A DNA stretch of 64,000 nucleotides, taken from Candidatus Krumholzibacteriia bacterium. GTDB taxonomy: Bacteria > Krumholzibacteriota > Krumholzibacteriia > JAJRXK01. Positions 47,975 through 57,408 of the stretch are shown in pieces. Each line of letters starts with the position of its first letter. Within the stretch, counting starts at the first letter, position 1. Made by a program: the position numbers and the translations under genes. The notes under the pieces were generated by a model. That model saw only the letters and a program-made list of their open reading frames with translations, had not been told where the DNA came from and searched no databases. The DNA is taken from NCBI GenBank assembly GCA_041484665.1, contig JBGPIA010000007.1:96001-160000 (forward strand), read 5' to 3'.

Positions 47975-50223
47975 ACGAGCCTCTCCTGGAAGAGGAAGCG
48001 TTCCATGGTGATGGCCCCCGTGGGGCAGCGTTGCGCGCACAACGCGCAGCGGATGCAAATGGTCTCGTCCTTCACGATGGCCGAGGCCTGCCCGGGGGGG
48101 ACGCCGGCCAGCTGTGTGGCGAGCACGTCGGACAGGCGGTCTCGGCCGTGGCTCGCGCTGCCGGCAGCGCTGTCCTTTGCAGTGCCGGCCGCGCTGGCAG
48201 CCGCGATGCTGGCTGCGCTGGCAGCCGGGGTCGGGACTGCACTGGCAGCTGGGCCGCCCACTGCGGCACCGTCCGCGGCACCGTTCGCGGCGGGGACCAG
48301 CCGGTCGACCGACACGATGCGTAAGCACAGCTGCGGGCAGACGTCCACGCAGCCGCCGCAAAGGATGCACTTGTCGCCGTCGAAAATGGTGTTGACGCCG
48401 CAGTCCAGGCAGCGTGACGCCTCGCGGTGCGCCTGCGCGTGCGTGTAGACCATCTCCACGGGAGAGCTTTGGGAGGCCAGCCGCGCCTTCGGAGTTGCGG
48501 TCGGCACCGCGACGCGTCGCGTCGTCTCGTAGCTGGCCTCCCGCAGGTAACCGGGAAGCGCCAGGTGCAGCTCCACATCGCGCGGGGCGAGTGTCCGGCC
48601 GGTGACGGCCCGGTAGATCTCCCGGGCCACCTGCTTGCCCGAGGCCACGGCGTGGATTAGGAGCTTGGGCCCATAGGCGAGGTCGCCAGCGACGTAGAGC
48701 CCCGGTGTGCGCGTGGCGCCGGTGACCGGGTCGCACGCGATTGTCCCGCGCGGCGTCAGCTCGACGGCGTCGCGCTGCGCGTCGACGAAGCGCAGGTCGA
48801 CCTCCTGGCCGATCGCCAGCAGTACCGTGTCGCAGGGGATCGTCTCGCGCACGCTGTCGTCGAAGAGGGGCGCGAAGCGGTGGCGCTCGTCGTACACCCG
48901 CGTGCACGGCCGGAACACGACCCCGGTCACGCGTCCTTGCGCATCCTGCTCGAGCTCGACGGGGCCGAGGCCGTTGCGCCGGACGATCCCCTCCTCGTCA
49001 CCCTCGAGGATCTCCACGTCGTCGGCGGGCATCTCGGCAAGCGACTCCAGCGAGCAGAGCGTCACGGTGCTGACCCCGGCCTCGCGCAGGGCCGTGCGTG
49101 CCGCGTCGAGGGAGATCTGACGCAGCACCGTGCGGCCGACGTCGTAGGCCACGTTGCCGCCGCCGATCACCACGACGCGCCGGCCGAGGGGTACTTGGCG
49201 GCCCAGGGCAATGTCGCGCAGGAACTCCACGCCACCCAGCACTTCCGCGGCACCGGCGCCAGGGATGGGCACGCGGCGGGAGCGTTTGGCGCCCACCGCG
49301 ACGATCACCGCATCGTGGCGCTGGCGCAGCTGCGCCAGCGAGATGTCCTTACCTACCTCGCAGCTGGTGACCGCCCTCACGCCCAGCGCCTCGATCACGG
49401 CCACCTCGGCCCGGATCAGGTCGCGCGGCAGGCGGTACTCCGGCACTCCGATCGAGAGCATGCCGGCCAGCACCGGCTCCATCTCGTAGATCGTGACGTC
49501 GATGCCCAGCAGCGTCAGGTCGTGCGCCGCGGCGAGCCCGGCGGGCCCGCTGCCGATGATCCCCACCGACTTGCCCGTGGCGAGCGGGACGTCGCCCGCC
49601 AGCAGCGACTGCAGGAGCGGCAGCAGCTCCTCGGCACCCGTGCACGGCTGCGCGTCGGGTCGCCGCTGCGCGGCGCGGCGCGCGGAATCCTTGAGGAAGT
49701 CGATCAGGCCGCGGCTGACGTCGGGATGCGCCTCGGGACCATACCGCTCGCAGACGAAGCGCTTCAGCGCTCGGATGGCGATTGGTCGGTCGAGCTCGCC
49801 GCGCCGGCACGCGAGCTCGCACGGCGCGCCGCAGATGCGGCCGCAGATGGACGCCAGCGGGTTCGGACCGCGGGCGATCAGATATGCCAGCTCGAGGTCG
49901 CCCTCGGCGATGGCGCGCACGTAGCCGCGCGCATCGGTGTGCACGGGGCAGGCCGCCTGGCATTTGATCTGGCTCTTCCAGTAATCGAGGTCGGGGATGC
50001 GTACCGGCACCGTCATCGCCGCGGCGGCGTGGGACGGCGGAGCGGAGCCTGGTGGCAGTCCGCCGGCGTGGGGCGGCAGAGCGCACTCTGGTGGCAGTCC
50101 GCCAGCGTGTGGCGGCGTCCCCCGCGCCGCTCCCGAATCGCCGGACGCGCCCGCACGATCTGGCCGGCCGGCCGGCCGGGGCGCGCCTCCCCCTGCAGAT
50201 GGAGCTGGCTCTCGAAGGGCCAA
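47959..50223 (-). CDS. GltD/NfnB/DsrL-like NAD(P)/FAD oxidoreductase with N-terminal Fe-S and C-terminal 2x[4Fe-4S] domains
   Basis: CQAACPVH, ICGRICGAPCELACRR, GSGPAGL, GGGNVAYD, RCLDC, CILCGGCVDVCP, CIRCALCAQRCP. Start is TTG 50223 (AGGAGG RBS) or ATG 50016. No signal peptide. Confidence 0.9.
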   Translation of the reverse strand: MALREPAPSAGGGAPRPAGRPDRAGASGDSGAARGTPPHAGGLPPECALPPHAGGLPPGSAPPSHAAAAMTVPVRIPDLDYWKSQIKCQAACPVHTDARGYVRAIAEGDLELAYLIARGPNPLASICGRICGAPCELACRRGELDRPIAIRALKRFVCERYGPEAHPDVSRGLIDFLKDSARRAAQRRPDAQPCTGAEELLPLLQSLLAGDVPLATGKSVGIIGSGPAGLAAAHDLTLLGIDVTIYEMEPVLAGMLSIGVPEYRLPRDLIRAEVAVIEALGVRAVTSCEVGKDISLAQLRQRHDAVIVAVGAKRSRRVPIPGAGAAEVLGGVEFLRDIALGRQVPLGRRVVVIGGGNVAYDVGRTVLRQISLDAARTALREAGVSTVTLCSLESLAEMPADDVEILEGDEEGIVRRNGLGPVELEQDAQGRVTGVVFRPCTRVYDERHRFAPLFDDSVRETIPCDTVLLAIGQEVDLRFVDAQRDAVELTPRGTIACDPVTGATRTPGLYVAGDLAYGPKLLIHAVASGKQVAREIYRAVTGRTLAPRDVELHLALPGYLREASYETTRRVAVPTATPKARLASQSSPVEMVYTHAQAHREASRCLDCGVNTIFDGDKCILCGGCVDVCPQLCLRIVSVDRLVPAANGAADGAAVGGPAASAVPTPAASAASIAAASAAGTAKDSAAGSASHGRDRLSDVLATQLAGVPPGQASAIVKDETICIRCALCAQRCPTGAITMERFLFQERLVCQVA

Positions 50224-50274
50224 GGCTCCTCCTCGCCGCCCCCGGCCGCGCCGGCAGCCGAGCCGCGGGCGGCG

Positions 50275-51465
50275 CTACCGGGTTACCGCGGGCGGCGCTT
50301 GCGTGCGCGGCCCAACGGCGCCGCCCGCGCTCTGCGCCCCGCCGCCGGGCGACTCGCCGCGCCCGCTGTGGTCGTTGCCACCCCGGCCATTCACGGCGGG
50401 GTGGCCGTACTGCGCGCCGTGGATGTCCTGGATGCGCTCCACGTACTCGCGGTCGCCGATCCCGTTGCGCCACAGCCCTGCGGCGCGCGCGCCCGCGTAG
50501 CCGGCCACGAACAACAACACCACGGCCGTGGCGTAGGTCAGCACACCGATGCGCCGCCCGCCCGCGTGGATCGTGAGCGTGTCGCTCACCGGGCAGACCG
50601 CGACGCAGTCGAGGCACCCGGTGCACTCGGCACTCAGCAAGGCGCCCGCGGTGGAGACCGGCAGACGCGCCATACAGACCTTGTCACACAGCTTGCAGTC
50701 GATGCAGCTGGCCGGCGCGCGGCGCACGCGCACGGGCGAAAGCCGCGAGAGCAGACCCAAGAGCGCGCCGTAGGGGCACAGATACCGGCACCACAATCCC
50801 TGCACGAAGACCGACGCGACGACCAGCACCAGAAGTGTGATGCCCGCCGTCCTGCCCAGTTGGGCGAAGAACAGCGCCATCTTCACGTCGGCGACCCGGT
50901 TGTAGGGTGACTCGAGGAAGAAGCGCAACTCGACTTGGTGCATGGCCGCGATCGAGTAGGCGAAGAAGGCGAGCAACAGGTACTTCAGCCCGCGCAGCGG
51001 CACGTCCAGAGAGCGCCAGATGCGGAAGTTGCGCCCGAACAGCCTGCGGCCCACCCGCGCCAACGCCTCGGACAGGAAGCCCACCGGGCAGATCCACGCG
51101 CAGAACGACTTGCGCAGCAGGAGCGCCAGCGCAGCGGCGATCAGCAGCAGGATCGTGGCCGCCGGGTGGATGCGGTTGAGCGTCCCCTGGTGGACCCAGT
51201 CGACCAGCCCCATGAGGCCACTGATGGGCAGGAAGCCCTCGACGCCGGGAGGCCGCACGGGCAGCGGCAGGGCTCCCTGCTGGGCGGCGCGGTAGAACTG
51301 GGCGAACTGGACTCCCAGCAGCACGCACGTCGCGGCGAACGCCGACTGCACGAGCAGGCGCGCGCGCCACGAGCGGTCGGCTTTGCGGCCCGTGCGGCCG
51401 CCGAGCCACGCGCGCAGGGGGAGGTGGGGGATCGAGGCGGGCAACGTCTGGAGCAGGTGTCTCAT
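50275..51465 (-). CDS. YccM/NapH-like membrane polyferredoxin
   Basis: GVEGFLPISG, FCAWICPVG, WCRYLCPYG, CIDCKLCDKVC, CTGCLDCVAVCP, several TM helices. Confidence 0.88.
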   Translation of the reverse strand: MRHLLQTLPASIPHLPLRAWLGGRTGRKADRSWRARLLVQSAFAATCVLLGVQFAQFYRAAQQGALPLPVRPPGVEGFLPISGLMGLVDWVHQGTLNRIHPAATILLLIAAALALLLRKSFCAWICPVGFLSEALARVGRRLFGRNFRIWRSLDVPLRGLKYLLLAFFAYSIAAMHQVELRFFLESPYNRVADVKMALFFAQLGRTAGITLLVLVVASVFVQGLWCRYLCPYGALLGLLSRLSPVRVRRAPASCIDCKLCDKVCMARLPVSTAGALLSAECTGCLDCVAVCPVSDTLTIHAGGRRIGVLTYATAVVLLFVAGYAGARAAGLWRNGIGDREYVERIQDIHGAQYGHPAVNGRGGNDHSGRGESPGGGAQSAGGAVGPRTQAPPAVTR

Positions 51466-51524
51466 GGCGCTCCCTGCGGCGGCGGTCCGCGCGGGGTCGC
51501 GCTGCGCCAACCGGTCGAGAGCAA

Positions 51525-51549
51525 AAATAGGATATCACGGTCCAGATAT
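51525..51549. promoter_or_regulatory. Putative Rrf2 operator, upstream of the respiratory operon
   Basis: AT-rich AAATAGGATATCACGGTCCAGATAT. Shares AGGATATC-N4-TCCAG with the site upstream of the Rrf2 gene. Confidence 0.6.
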
Positions 51550-51758
51550 CAAAAGAAACTTGGCGCAGCCTTGCCGGCTCGGTGCGCGGGCCTCGCCGGA
51601 CGGCGGACCGCCGGCGCACAGATGTCCGGAATCGATTGCCGTGGATAGACTTCAACGCTGGTGTCGGCCAGCCCTCCCGCTGGAAACCCAGGCTCGTCGT
51701 CTAGACCTTGACTGTTTACCCGGGGAAACCGCGGCGCGGGGGCGGCGGAGGGGAGACC

Positions 51759-52313
51759 CTAGCTCCCCGAGCCGTGCGGCTTCCGGCGCGGCGACCGCGA
51801 GCCGCCCCGGGAGCGATCCAGCGCGCGGGACCTAGGCGGCGGCGCGGGGGCATGGCGTGCCGCTTTGGGTGGCGCGTCTGGAGTCCCGCTCTCGCACAAC
51901 GGAGAGCTGGCACCGGGGCCTCGATCGCGCAGGACGTCGGCGACGGTCGAGGTGGCGAAGACGCGCTCGACCTCGGCAATCGCGCGGTCGAGGCGCTGAT
52001 GCAGCAGGCACAGGTTCGCTCCGTGCATCTCGATCCCCAGGGGGCACTCGCGGATCCGCTGCAAGGGATCGACCACATTGATGACGTCCAGGATCGACAG
52101 TTCGCGCGGCTCGACCGCCAGCACGAAACCCCCGTGCAGTCCACGCTGGGAGCTGACGTAACCGGCTCGGCCGAGGGACTGGAGGACTTTCGAGAGATAG
52201 TCCGCCGGGACCTTCGTGCCGCGGGCGATCTGCCGCGTGGTGTGCGCCGCTTCGCGATGGGCGGCAAGCCATACGATCGCGCGCAGCGCGTACTCGGCGG
52301 TCTGGGAGAACAC
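51759..52313 (-). CDS. Rrf2-family transcriptional regulator (probably Fe-S binding)
   Basis: FSQTAEYALRA, YLSKVLQSL, SQRGLHGGF, CPLG...HGANLCLLH. GTG start inferred. Confidence 0.9.
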   Translation of the reverse strand: MFSQTAEYALRAIVWLAAHREAAHTTRQIARGTKVPADYLSKVLQSLGRAGYVSSQRGLHGGFVLAVEPRELSILDVINVVDPLQRIRECPLGIEMHGANLCLLHQRLDRAIAEVERVFATSTVADVLRDRGPGASSPLCESGTPDAPPKAARHAPAPPPRSRALDRSRGGSRSPRRKPHGSGS

Positions 52314-52451
52314 CAAGGCTGGATCGGCCTCCGGGCCCGACGTTGTGGGACGACCTTGGGGGAGGGCGTTGCGCGGGCCGCGTTTCTGGGGCGGCGTTGG
52401 AGTTGCTCGACGGCGCTCCAGCGGGGCCAGGGGGATCCGGGCCCGCGCTGC

Positions 52452-52476
52452 AATCAGGATATCTTCCTCCAGTTTA
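52452..52476. promoter_or_regulatory. Putative Rrf2 autoregulatory operator
   Basis: AATCAGGATATCTTCCTCCAGTTTA, an imperfect inverted repeat (GGA-N8-TCC) matching the 51525 site. Confidence 0.6.
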
Positions 52477-52770
52477 TGCCGAGCACCGTGGAGGGCAAGC
52501 GGCAAGTCCGGCGCCGCAGCATGGGGCGGCAGTCGAGGGCGGCGAGCGATCCGCGCTGCAAAGAGCGAGCGATGCAGGTGGTGACCGGCGCGAGGAGCAT
52601 GGACCCAGCCGGGGCCGCTACCAAAAAAAGCCAACGATTGGCATGCGGCCGGAATGCGGGTATGGTGGCGGTCGTTGGCCGTGCCTCGCTGCCTGCCCCG
52701 CCGCGGCCGCCGTCACTGCCCTCCCCGGCCCTTCGGCCCGCCCGCCCTCTGGTCGCCGCAGGAGGCGACA

Positions 52771-54573
52771 TTGCAACGTCTAAAAATCGGGATCCTCGAT
52801 CTCGTCACGCAGAGTCCCACGCGTGGTCTCTACGCGCGCGTGATGAATGCCAACCTGGCCAGCATCATGCCCCAGGCGATCGCGGTCTGGTGCGAGGAGG
52901 CGGGCCACGAGGTCCGCTTCATCTGCTATACCGGCTTCGAGAACCTCATCGAGGAGCTGCCCGACGACATGGACGTGCTGTTCATCGGCGCGTTCACCCA
53001 GGCGGCTCAGCTCTCCTACGCGGTGAGCAGTCTCTTCCGCGGCCGCGGCGCACTGACGGTGCTGGGCGGCCCCCACGCCCGCTGCTATCCCGACGACGCG
53101 TGCAAGTACTTCGACTACGTCCTCGGTTTCACCGACAAGACGGTCGTGACCGAGCTGCTGCGCGACTGCAGCCAACACCGTCCGTTGGGCAGGCACATGT
53201 TCGCCAGCAAGCAGCCCGAGGAGATTCCCGGAGTGCGCCAGCGCTGGAAGTTCATCCAGCCCACCCTCGCCAAGGCGCAGACCAGCTTCAAGCTGGTGCC
53301 AATGCTGGGCAGCCTGGGCTGCCCCTATACCTGCAGCTTCTGCATCGACTCGGTCGTCGACTACCAGCCGCTGGGATTCGACCAGATCCGCGAAGACCTG
53401 CGTTTCCTCGTGGCGAACATGCGCAGCCCGATCGTGGCCTGGCACGACCCCAACTTCGGCATCCGCTTCGACGACTACCTGTCGCTGATCGAGGACGCGG
53501 TCCCGCAGGGCAGCATCCGCTTCGTCGCCGAAACCAGCCTGGCGCTGCTGGGCGAGCGCAATCTGCAGCGTCTCAGCCGCGCCGGCTTCCAGGGGATGCT
53601 CCCTGGCGTGGAGTCGTGGTTCACGCTGGGCAACAAGTCGCGCACCGGCAACAGCCAGGGGATGGAGAAGGTCAACCGCGTGGCCGACCAGCTGAATCTG
53701 GTGCTCAAGTACATCCCCTACGTCCAAGCGAACTTCGTGCTGGGCCTGGACGATGACGAGGGCGATGAGCCCTTCGAGCTCACCAAGCGTTTCCTCGATG
53801 CCTGCCCGGGCGCGTTCCCGGGCTACTCGCTGTTCTCCGCCTTCGGCGAGGCCGCTCCGCTCAACCTGGAGCTGCAGCGGGCCGGGCGCGTCCTGCCCAG
53901 CCCCTTCCATTTCCTCAACAACAACCAGGCCGCCAACGTCAAGCTCAAGCACTACAGCTGGCCCGAGTTCTTCGACCGCGTGATCGATCTCACCGAATAC
54001 TCGTTCTCGTGGCGGTCGATCGCGCGGCGATTCCGCGCCAACCAGGGGGCGATTCCGCGCCTGATGAACGCGGTGCGGGCCGTCTCGTCGGAGGGGTTCG
54101 GGCGCATCCGCTACTACAAAAAGCTGCGCCGGCTCCTCGACACCGACGGGTCGTTGCGCAGTTTCCTGGACGGCGAGACCACAACCGTGCCGTCGTTCTA
54201 CGTCAACCGCGTGCGGCACGACCTGGGCGCCTTCTGGGACTTCCTGCCGCCCGGAGCTCTCGAGTACGACGCGAACGCGTACCTACGCAAGGCAGGAGGG
54301 ACGCCCCCCCCGGCGCCCAGCCCCCCGCGGCGGCGGCCGCTGGCCGGCTCGGCCCTGACGACCGCGCAGGCCATCGGTGGGCACGCGGTGGACGCGCAGG
54401 TCGCGCGCGCTCAGATCGCGGGGGCGCATGCCATGGATTCGCACGTTGCACGTGGGAACGTCGTGGGTGCCCACGCCGTGGACGCCGCGATCCCACGTGC
54501 GCACGCCGCGAGCGGGCACGGCGTGAGCCCGCCCTCGGCTCAGCCGCGCGGCAGCGACAGTACCGGGCTGTAG
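52771..54573 (+). CDS. B12-binding-domain radical SAM protein
   Basis: GGAGG RBS and TTG start, VLGGPHA, GCPYTCSFC, HDPNF, GVES, FVLGLD. Low-complexity C-terminal tail. Confidence 0.88.
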   Translation: MQRLKIGILDLVTQSPTRGLYARVMNANLASIMPQAIAVWCEEAGHEVRFICYTGFENLIEELPDDMDVLFIGAFTQAAQLSYAVSSLFRGRGALTVLGGPHARCYPDDACKYFDYVLGFTDKTVVTELLRDCSQHRPLGRHMFASKQPEEIPGVRQRWKFIQPTLAKAQTSFKLVPMLGSLGCPYTCSFCIDSVVDYQPLGFDQIREDLRFLVANMRSPIVAWHDPNFGIRFDDYLSLIEDAVPQGSIRFVAETSLALLGERNLQRLSRAGFQGMLPGVESWFTLGNKSRTGNSQGMEKVNRVADQLNLVLKYIPYVQANFVLGLDDDEGDEPFELTKRFLDACPGAFPGYSLFSAFGEAAPLNLELQRAGRVLPSPFHFLNNNQAANVKLKHYSWPEFFDRVIDLTEYSFSWRSIARRFRANQGAIPRLMNAVRAVSSEGFGRIRYYKKLRRLLDTDGSLRSFLDGETTTVPSFYVNRVRHDLGAFWDFLPPGALEYDANAYLRKAGGTPPPAPSPPRRRPLAGSALTTAQAIGGHAVDAQVARAQIAGAHAMDSHVARGNVVGAHAVDAAIPRAHAASGHGVSPPSAQPRGSDSTGL

Positions 54574-56084
54574 GGCCCCAGCAGCTCCCTGCGCCACCAC
54601 TGCCCCGTCGCGCGCCGCGTCTGCGCGTCCGTGAAGCGGTAATCGTAGAGTTGCGCCCGCACGTAGCGCGGCGGTGTGCCCTGGAAGGGATCGCGCGCCA
54701 GCAGCCGCAGCACCTGCGGCTCGCCTTCCAGCAGCCGGCGCAGGAGTCCCGCAAGCCACGGCTCGCGCCGGAAGGTTGACAGCGCCGCGAACCACATCTG
54801 CCAGTCCAGGCGCGGCTGGTGCGGCGCGACCAGGCGCGGGCGGCGCGTCAGATCACCGGGCTTCCAGCGGAACTCGTAGGGCTTCCAGGTCTGCCCGTCA
54901 TTGCTGCCCTCGATGACGATTTCGGGCCGCTGGGTGGTCATCACCGCGAACAGCCCATAGCCGTTGATCGTTCGCAGCGGCGCCACGGCCGCGAGCATCC
55001 CGTCCACGGGAGAGGACAGCGCGTCCGCGAGCCCGAGCGTGCGCGCGGTCTGTAGCCCGCTCAGCAACAGCAGCACGGCCGCTCCCGCCAGCACCACGCC
55101 CTGCCGCGGGGAGGCGAGGACCGCAGCCGGCGCGGGCGCCCGCTCCGACACCCGCTGGCGCCAGCGCTTCGGTACGCGCCGCACCAGCAGCTCATCATCC
55201 AGCAGCAGCACGCACAGCGCGATCGTGAGCAGGTTGAAAAACGTGTAGCTGCCCGTAGCCGCGATCAGCAGCTGCAGCCCGACCAGCAGCGCGCAGGCCA
55301 AGTGCCGCAGCCGCCGCCGCGCGAAGATCAACAGCGGCGCGGCCAGCTCGATGACGAACATCCCAGCGCAGGACAGCTTGTGGAACCAGACGGGGAGCTG
55401 GTGCGCGTACCAACTCGTCCAGACCGGCAACGGCTGCGTCTGGTAGTGGAAGGTGAGCGCGGTCAGGTTGTGCCACGCGGCGTCGCCGCTGATCAGCTTC
55501 ACGCCGCCGGACATGATCATGAAACGCAGCAATAGCCAGCGCAGCAGGCCGTGGGCGAGGCGCGATACCGGCGGCTCGCGTGAGAGGCCGGGCAAGAGCG
55601 GCCGCTTGGGGGCGAGGAAGATCGCCAGGAATCCCGCCTCCAGCAACAGGAGATCCCACTGGAACGAGAGGAAGTCCTGCCCCAGCACGACCAGCGACAG
55701 GTAGAGCGCCCACAGCAACGCGAGCGCGATGGCCGGCGCGATGCCCACGACCAGCAGCACCGACGCGGCCGTGCCGGCGGCGCACAGCCGCGTCAGCGCA
55801 GCGTCCCCTGCGCCGAGCCAGCCTACAGTCGGCAGGAGCCACAAGCGTTCCGGACCCAGCTGGGCGGCCGCTCGCTGCAGGTAGTCTGCGGCGGGCAAGA
55901 TCCCGCGCTCCCCGATCAGCCCATGCACCTGCGTCCACAGCGACACGAACGCGATCAGGTAGACGATCCCCAGCAGGCGCAGGAAGAGCCAGCGCGAGAG
56001 GAGCCAGGACGGCTGGCCCCCGGCGCTTTGGCGGGTGGGCGGCGCCTTTGGCGCGGGGTCCTGGGGTAAGGCGTCGGCGGTCAC
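54540..56084 (-). CDS. Lipase maturation factor (LMF1) family membrane protein
   Basis: FLRLLGIVYLIAF, FQWDLLLLEAGFL, HYQTQPLP, NGYGLFAVMT, PHQPRLDWQMWFAAL. Confidence 0.92.
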   Translation of the reverse strand: MTADALPQDPAPKAPPTRQSAGGQPSWLLSRWLFLRLLGIVYLIAFVSLWTQVHGLIGERGILPAADYLQRAAAQLGPERLWLLPTVGWLGAGDAALTRLCAAGTAASVLLVVGIAPAIALALLWALYLSLVVLGQDFLSFQWDLLLLEAGFLAIFLAPKRPLLPGLSREPPVSRLAHGLLRWLLLRFMIMSGGVKLISGDAAWHNLTALTFHYQTQPLPVWTSWYAHQLPVWFHKLSCAGMFVIELAAPLLIFARRRLRHLACALLVGLQLLIAATGSYTFFNLLTIALCVLLLDDELLVRRVPKRWRQRVSERAPAPAAVLASPRQGVVLAGAAVLLLLSGLQTARTLGLADALSSPVDGMLAAVAPLRTINGYGLFAVMTTQRPEIVIEGSNDGQTWKPYEFRWKPGDLTRRPRLVAPHQPRLDWQMWFAALSTFRREPWLAGLLRRLLEGEPQVLRLLARDPFQGTPPRYVRAQLYDYRFTDAQTRRATGQWWRRELLGPYSPVLSLPRG

Positions 56085-56206
56085 CGTGGGCGCAGTCTAC
56101 GCCCTGGTCTCGCCGGGAGGCAATTCGTGGGGCCTCGCTTCAATGCGTGCGTCAACCCCCGGCTCCGACGCTCGCGTCAACCCCCGGGTTCGATCCGCCG
56201 GAGCCT

Positions 56207-57190
56207 CTATCCGTTCCATCCGCCCCGCAGCAGCTTGGCCGCGTCGACGGCGCTATACGTGAGGATCATGTCGGCCCCCGCGCGCCGGAATGCCGTGAGG
56301 GTCTCCATGAGGATCCGGTCGTAGTCGATCCAGCCGTTGGCAGCAGCGGCCTTGAGCATCGCGTACTCGCCGCTGACGTGGTAGACGGCAGTCGGCATCC
56401 CGAAACGGTCCTTCACCCGGCGCAGCACGTCGAGGTACGGCAGGCCTGGCTTCACCATGACGATGTCGGCGCCCTCTTCGATGTCGAGCGCCACTTCGCG
56501 CAGCGCCTCGTCTCCATTGGCCGGATCCATCTGGTAGCTCTTGCGATCGCCGAACTGCGGGGGCGACTGGGCCGCGTCGCGGAACGGCCCGTAGAAGGCG
56601 CTGGCGTACTTGGCGGCGTAGCTCATGATCGGCAGATGGGTGAAGCCGTCGTCATCCAGGCGCTCGCGGATGGCCGCCACGCGGCCGTCCATCATGTCGC
56701 TGGGGGCCACGATGTCCGCTCCCGCCCGCGCGTGGGCGAGCGACTCGCGCGCCAGCAGGTCCAGGGTCCGGTCGTTGTCGACGTCGCCGCCCTCGATCAC
56801 GCCGCAGTGCCCGTGGTCGGTGTACTCGCACAGGCACACGTCGGTGATCACCAGCATGTCCGGCACGTGCTCCTTCAGCGCGCGCACCGCGTTGGGGATG
56901 ATCCCCTCGTCGTCGTAGGCCTCGCTGCCCTGGGGATCCTTGCGTGTGGGGATCCCGAACAGGATCGTGGCGGTGACCCCGACCTCCACGGCCTCGCTCA
57001 GCATGTCGATCAGGCGGTCGATCGACAGCTGGTGCTGGCCCGGCATGCTGGGGATCTCGCTCCTGATGCCCTTTCCGGGAACGACGAACGTCGGATAGAT
57101 GAGCTGCTCCGCAGCCAGGCGCGTCTCGCGCACCAGCGCCCGCAGCCGCGGAGTGCGGCGCAGGCGACGCATGCGGTGATCGGGGAACAT
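56207..57190 (-). CDS. hemB: Porphobilinogen synthase (Zn type)
   Basis: [49 protein letters not shown]. Confidence 0.97.
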   Translation of the reverse strand: MFPDHRMRRLRRTPRLRALVRETRLAAEQLIYPTFVVPGKGIRSEIPSMPGQHQLSIDRLIDMLSEAVEVGVTATILFGIPTRKDPQGSEAYDDEGIIPNAVRALKEHVPDMLVITDVCLCEYTDHGHCGVIEGGDVDNDRTLDLLARESLAHARAGADIVAPSDMMDGRVAAIRERLDDDGFTHLPIMSYAAKYASAFYGPFRDAAQSPPQFGDRKSYQMDPANGDEALREVALDIEEGADIVMVKPGLPYLDVLRRVKDRFGMPTAVYHVSGEYAMLKAAAANGWIDYDRILMETLTAFRRAGADMILTYSAVDAAKLLRGGWNG

Positions 57191-57408
57191 CGGGTCCTCC
57201 TCCTTCGGAGCACAGCGCCGGACGTGCGCCCGGGTGCCGAGAGCTCGCGTGGGGAGATCTCGGGTGCCGAAATCTCAACGGACGGATTCAAGATGCAGGA
57301 ATCCCGATCGCGACGGTCGACCCGGGAGCCGCCCGCCCTGCTCTCCCAGGGGGCTGCCATGTGACGCGGGATGGCGGTTTTATGGCTGGGCCCGCCGCAG
57401 CGGCCCCG

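Noticed and set aside
47959..50223. Glutamate synthase small subunit (gltD)
   Set aside because: No gltB adjacent, an extra C-terminal ferredoxin domain, and overlap with a Rieske gene.
51466..51758. FNR/DNR box upstream of the respiratory operon
   Set aside because: No convincing TTGAT-N4-ATCAA. The AT-rich patch is better explained by the Rrf2-type motif.
56149..56187. 14-bp direct repeat GCGTCAACCCCCGG downstream of hemB
   Set aside because: Two copies only, no match noticed elsewhere and no functional context. Probably a local duplication.
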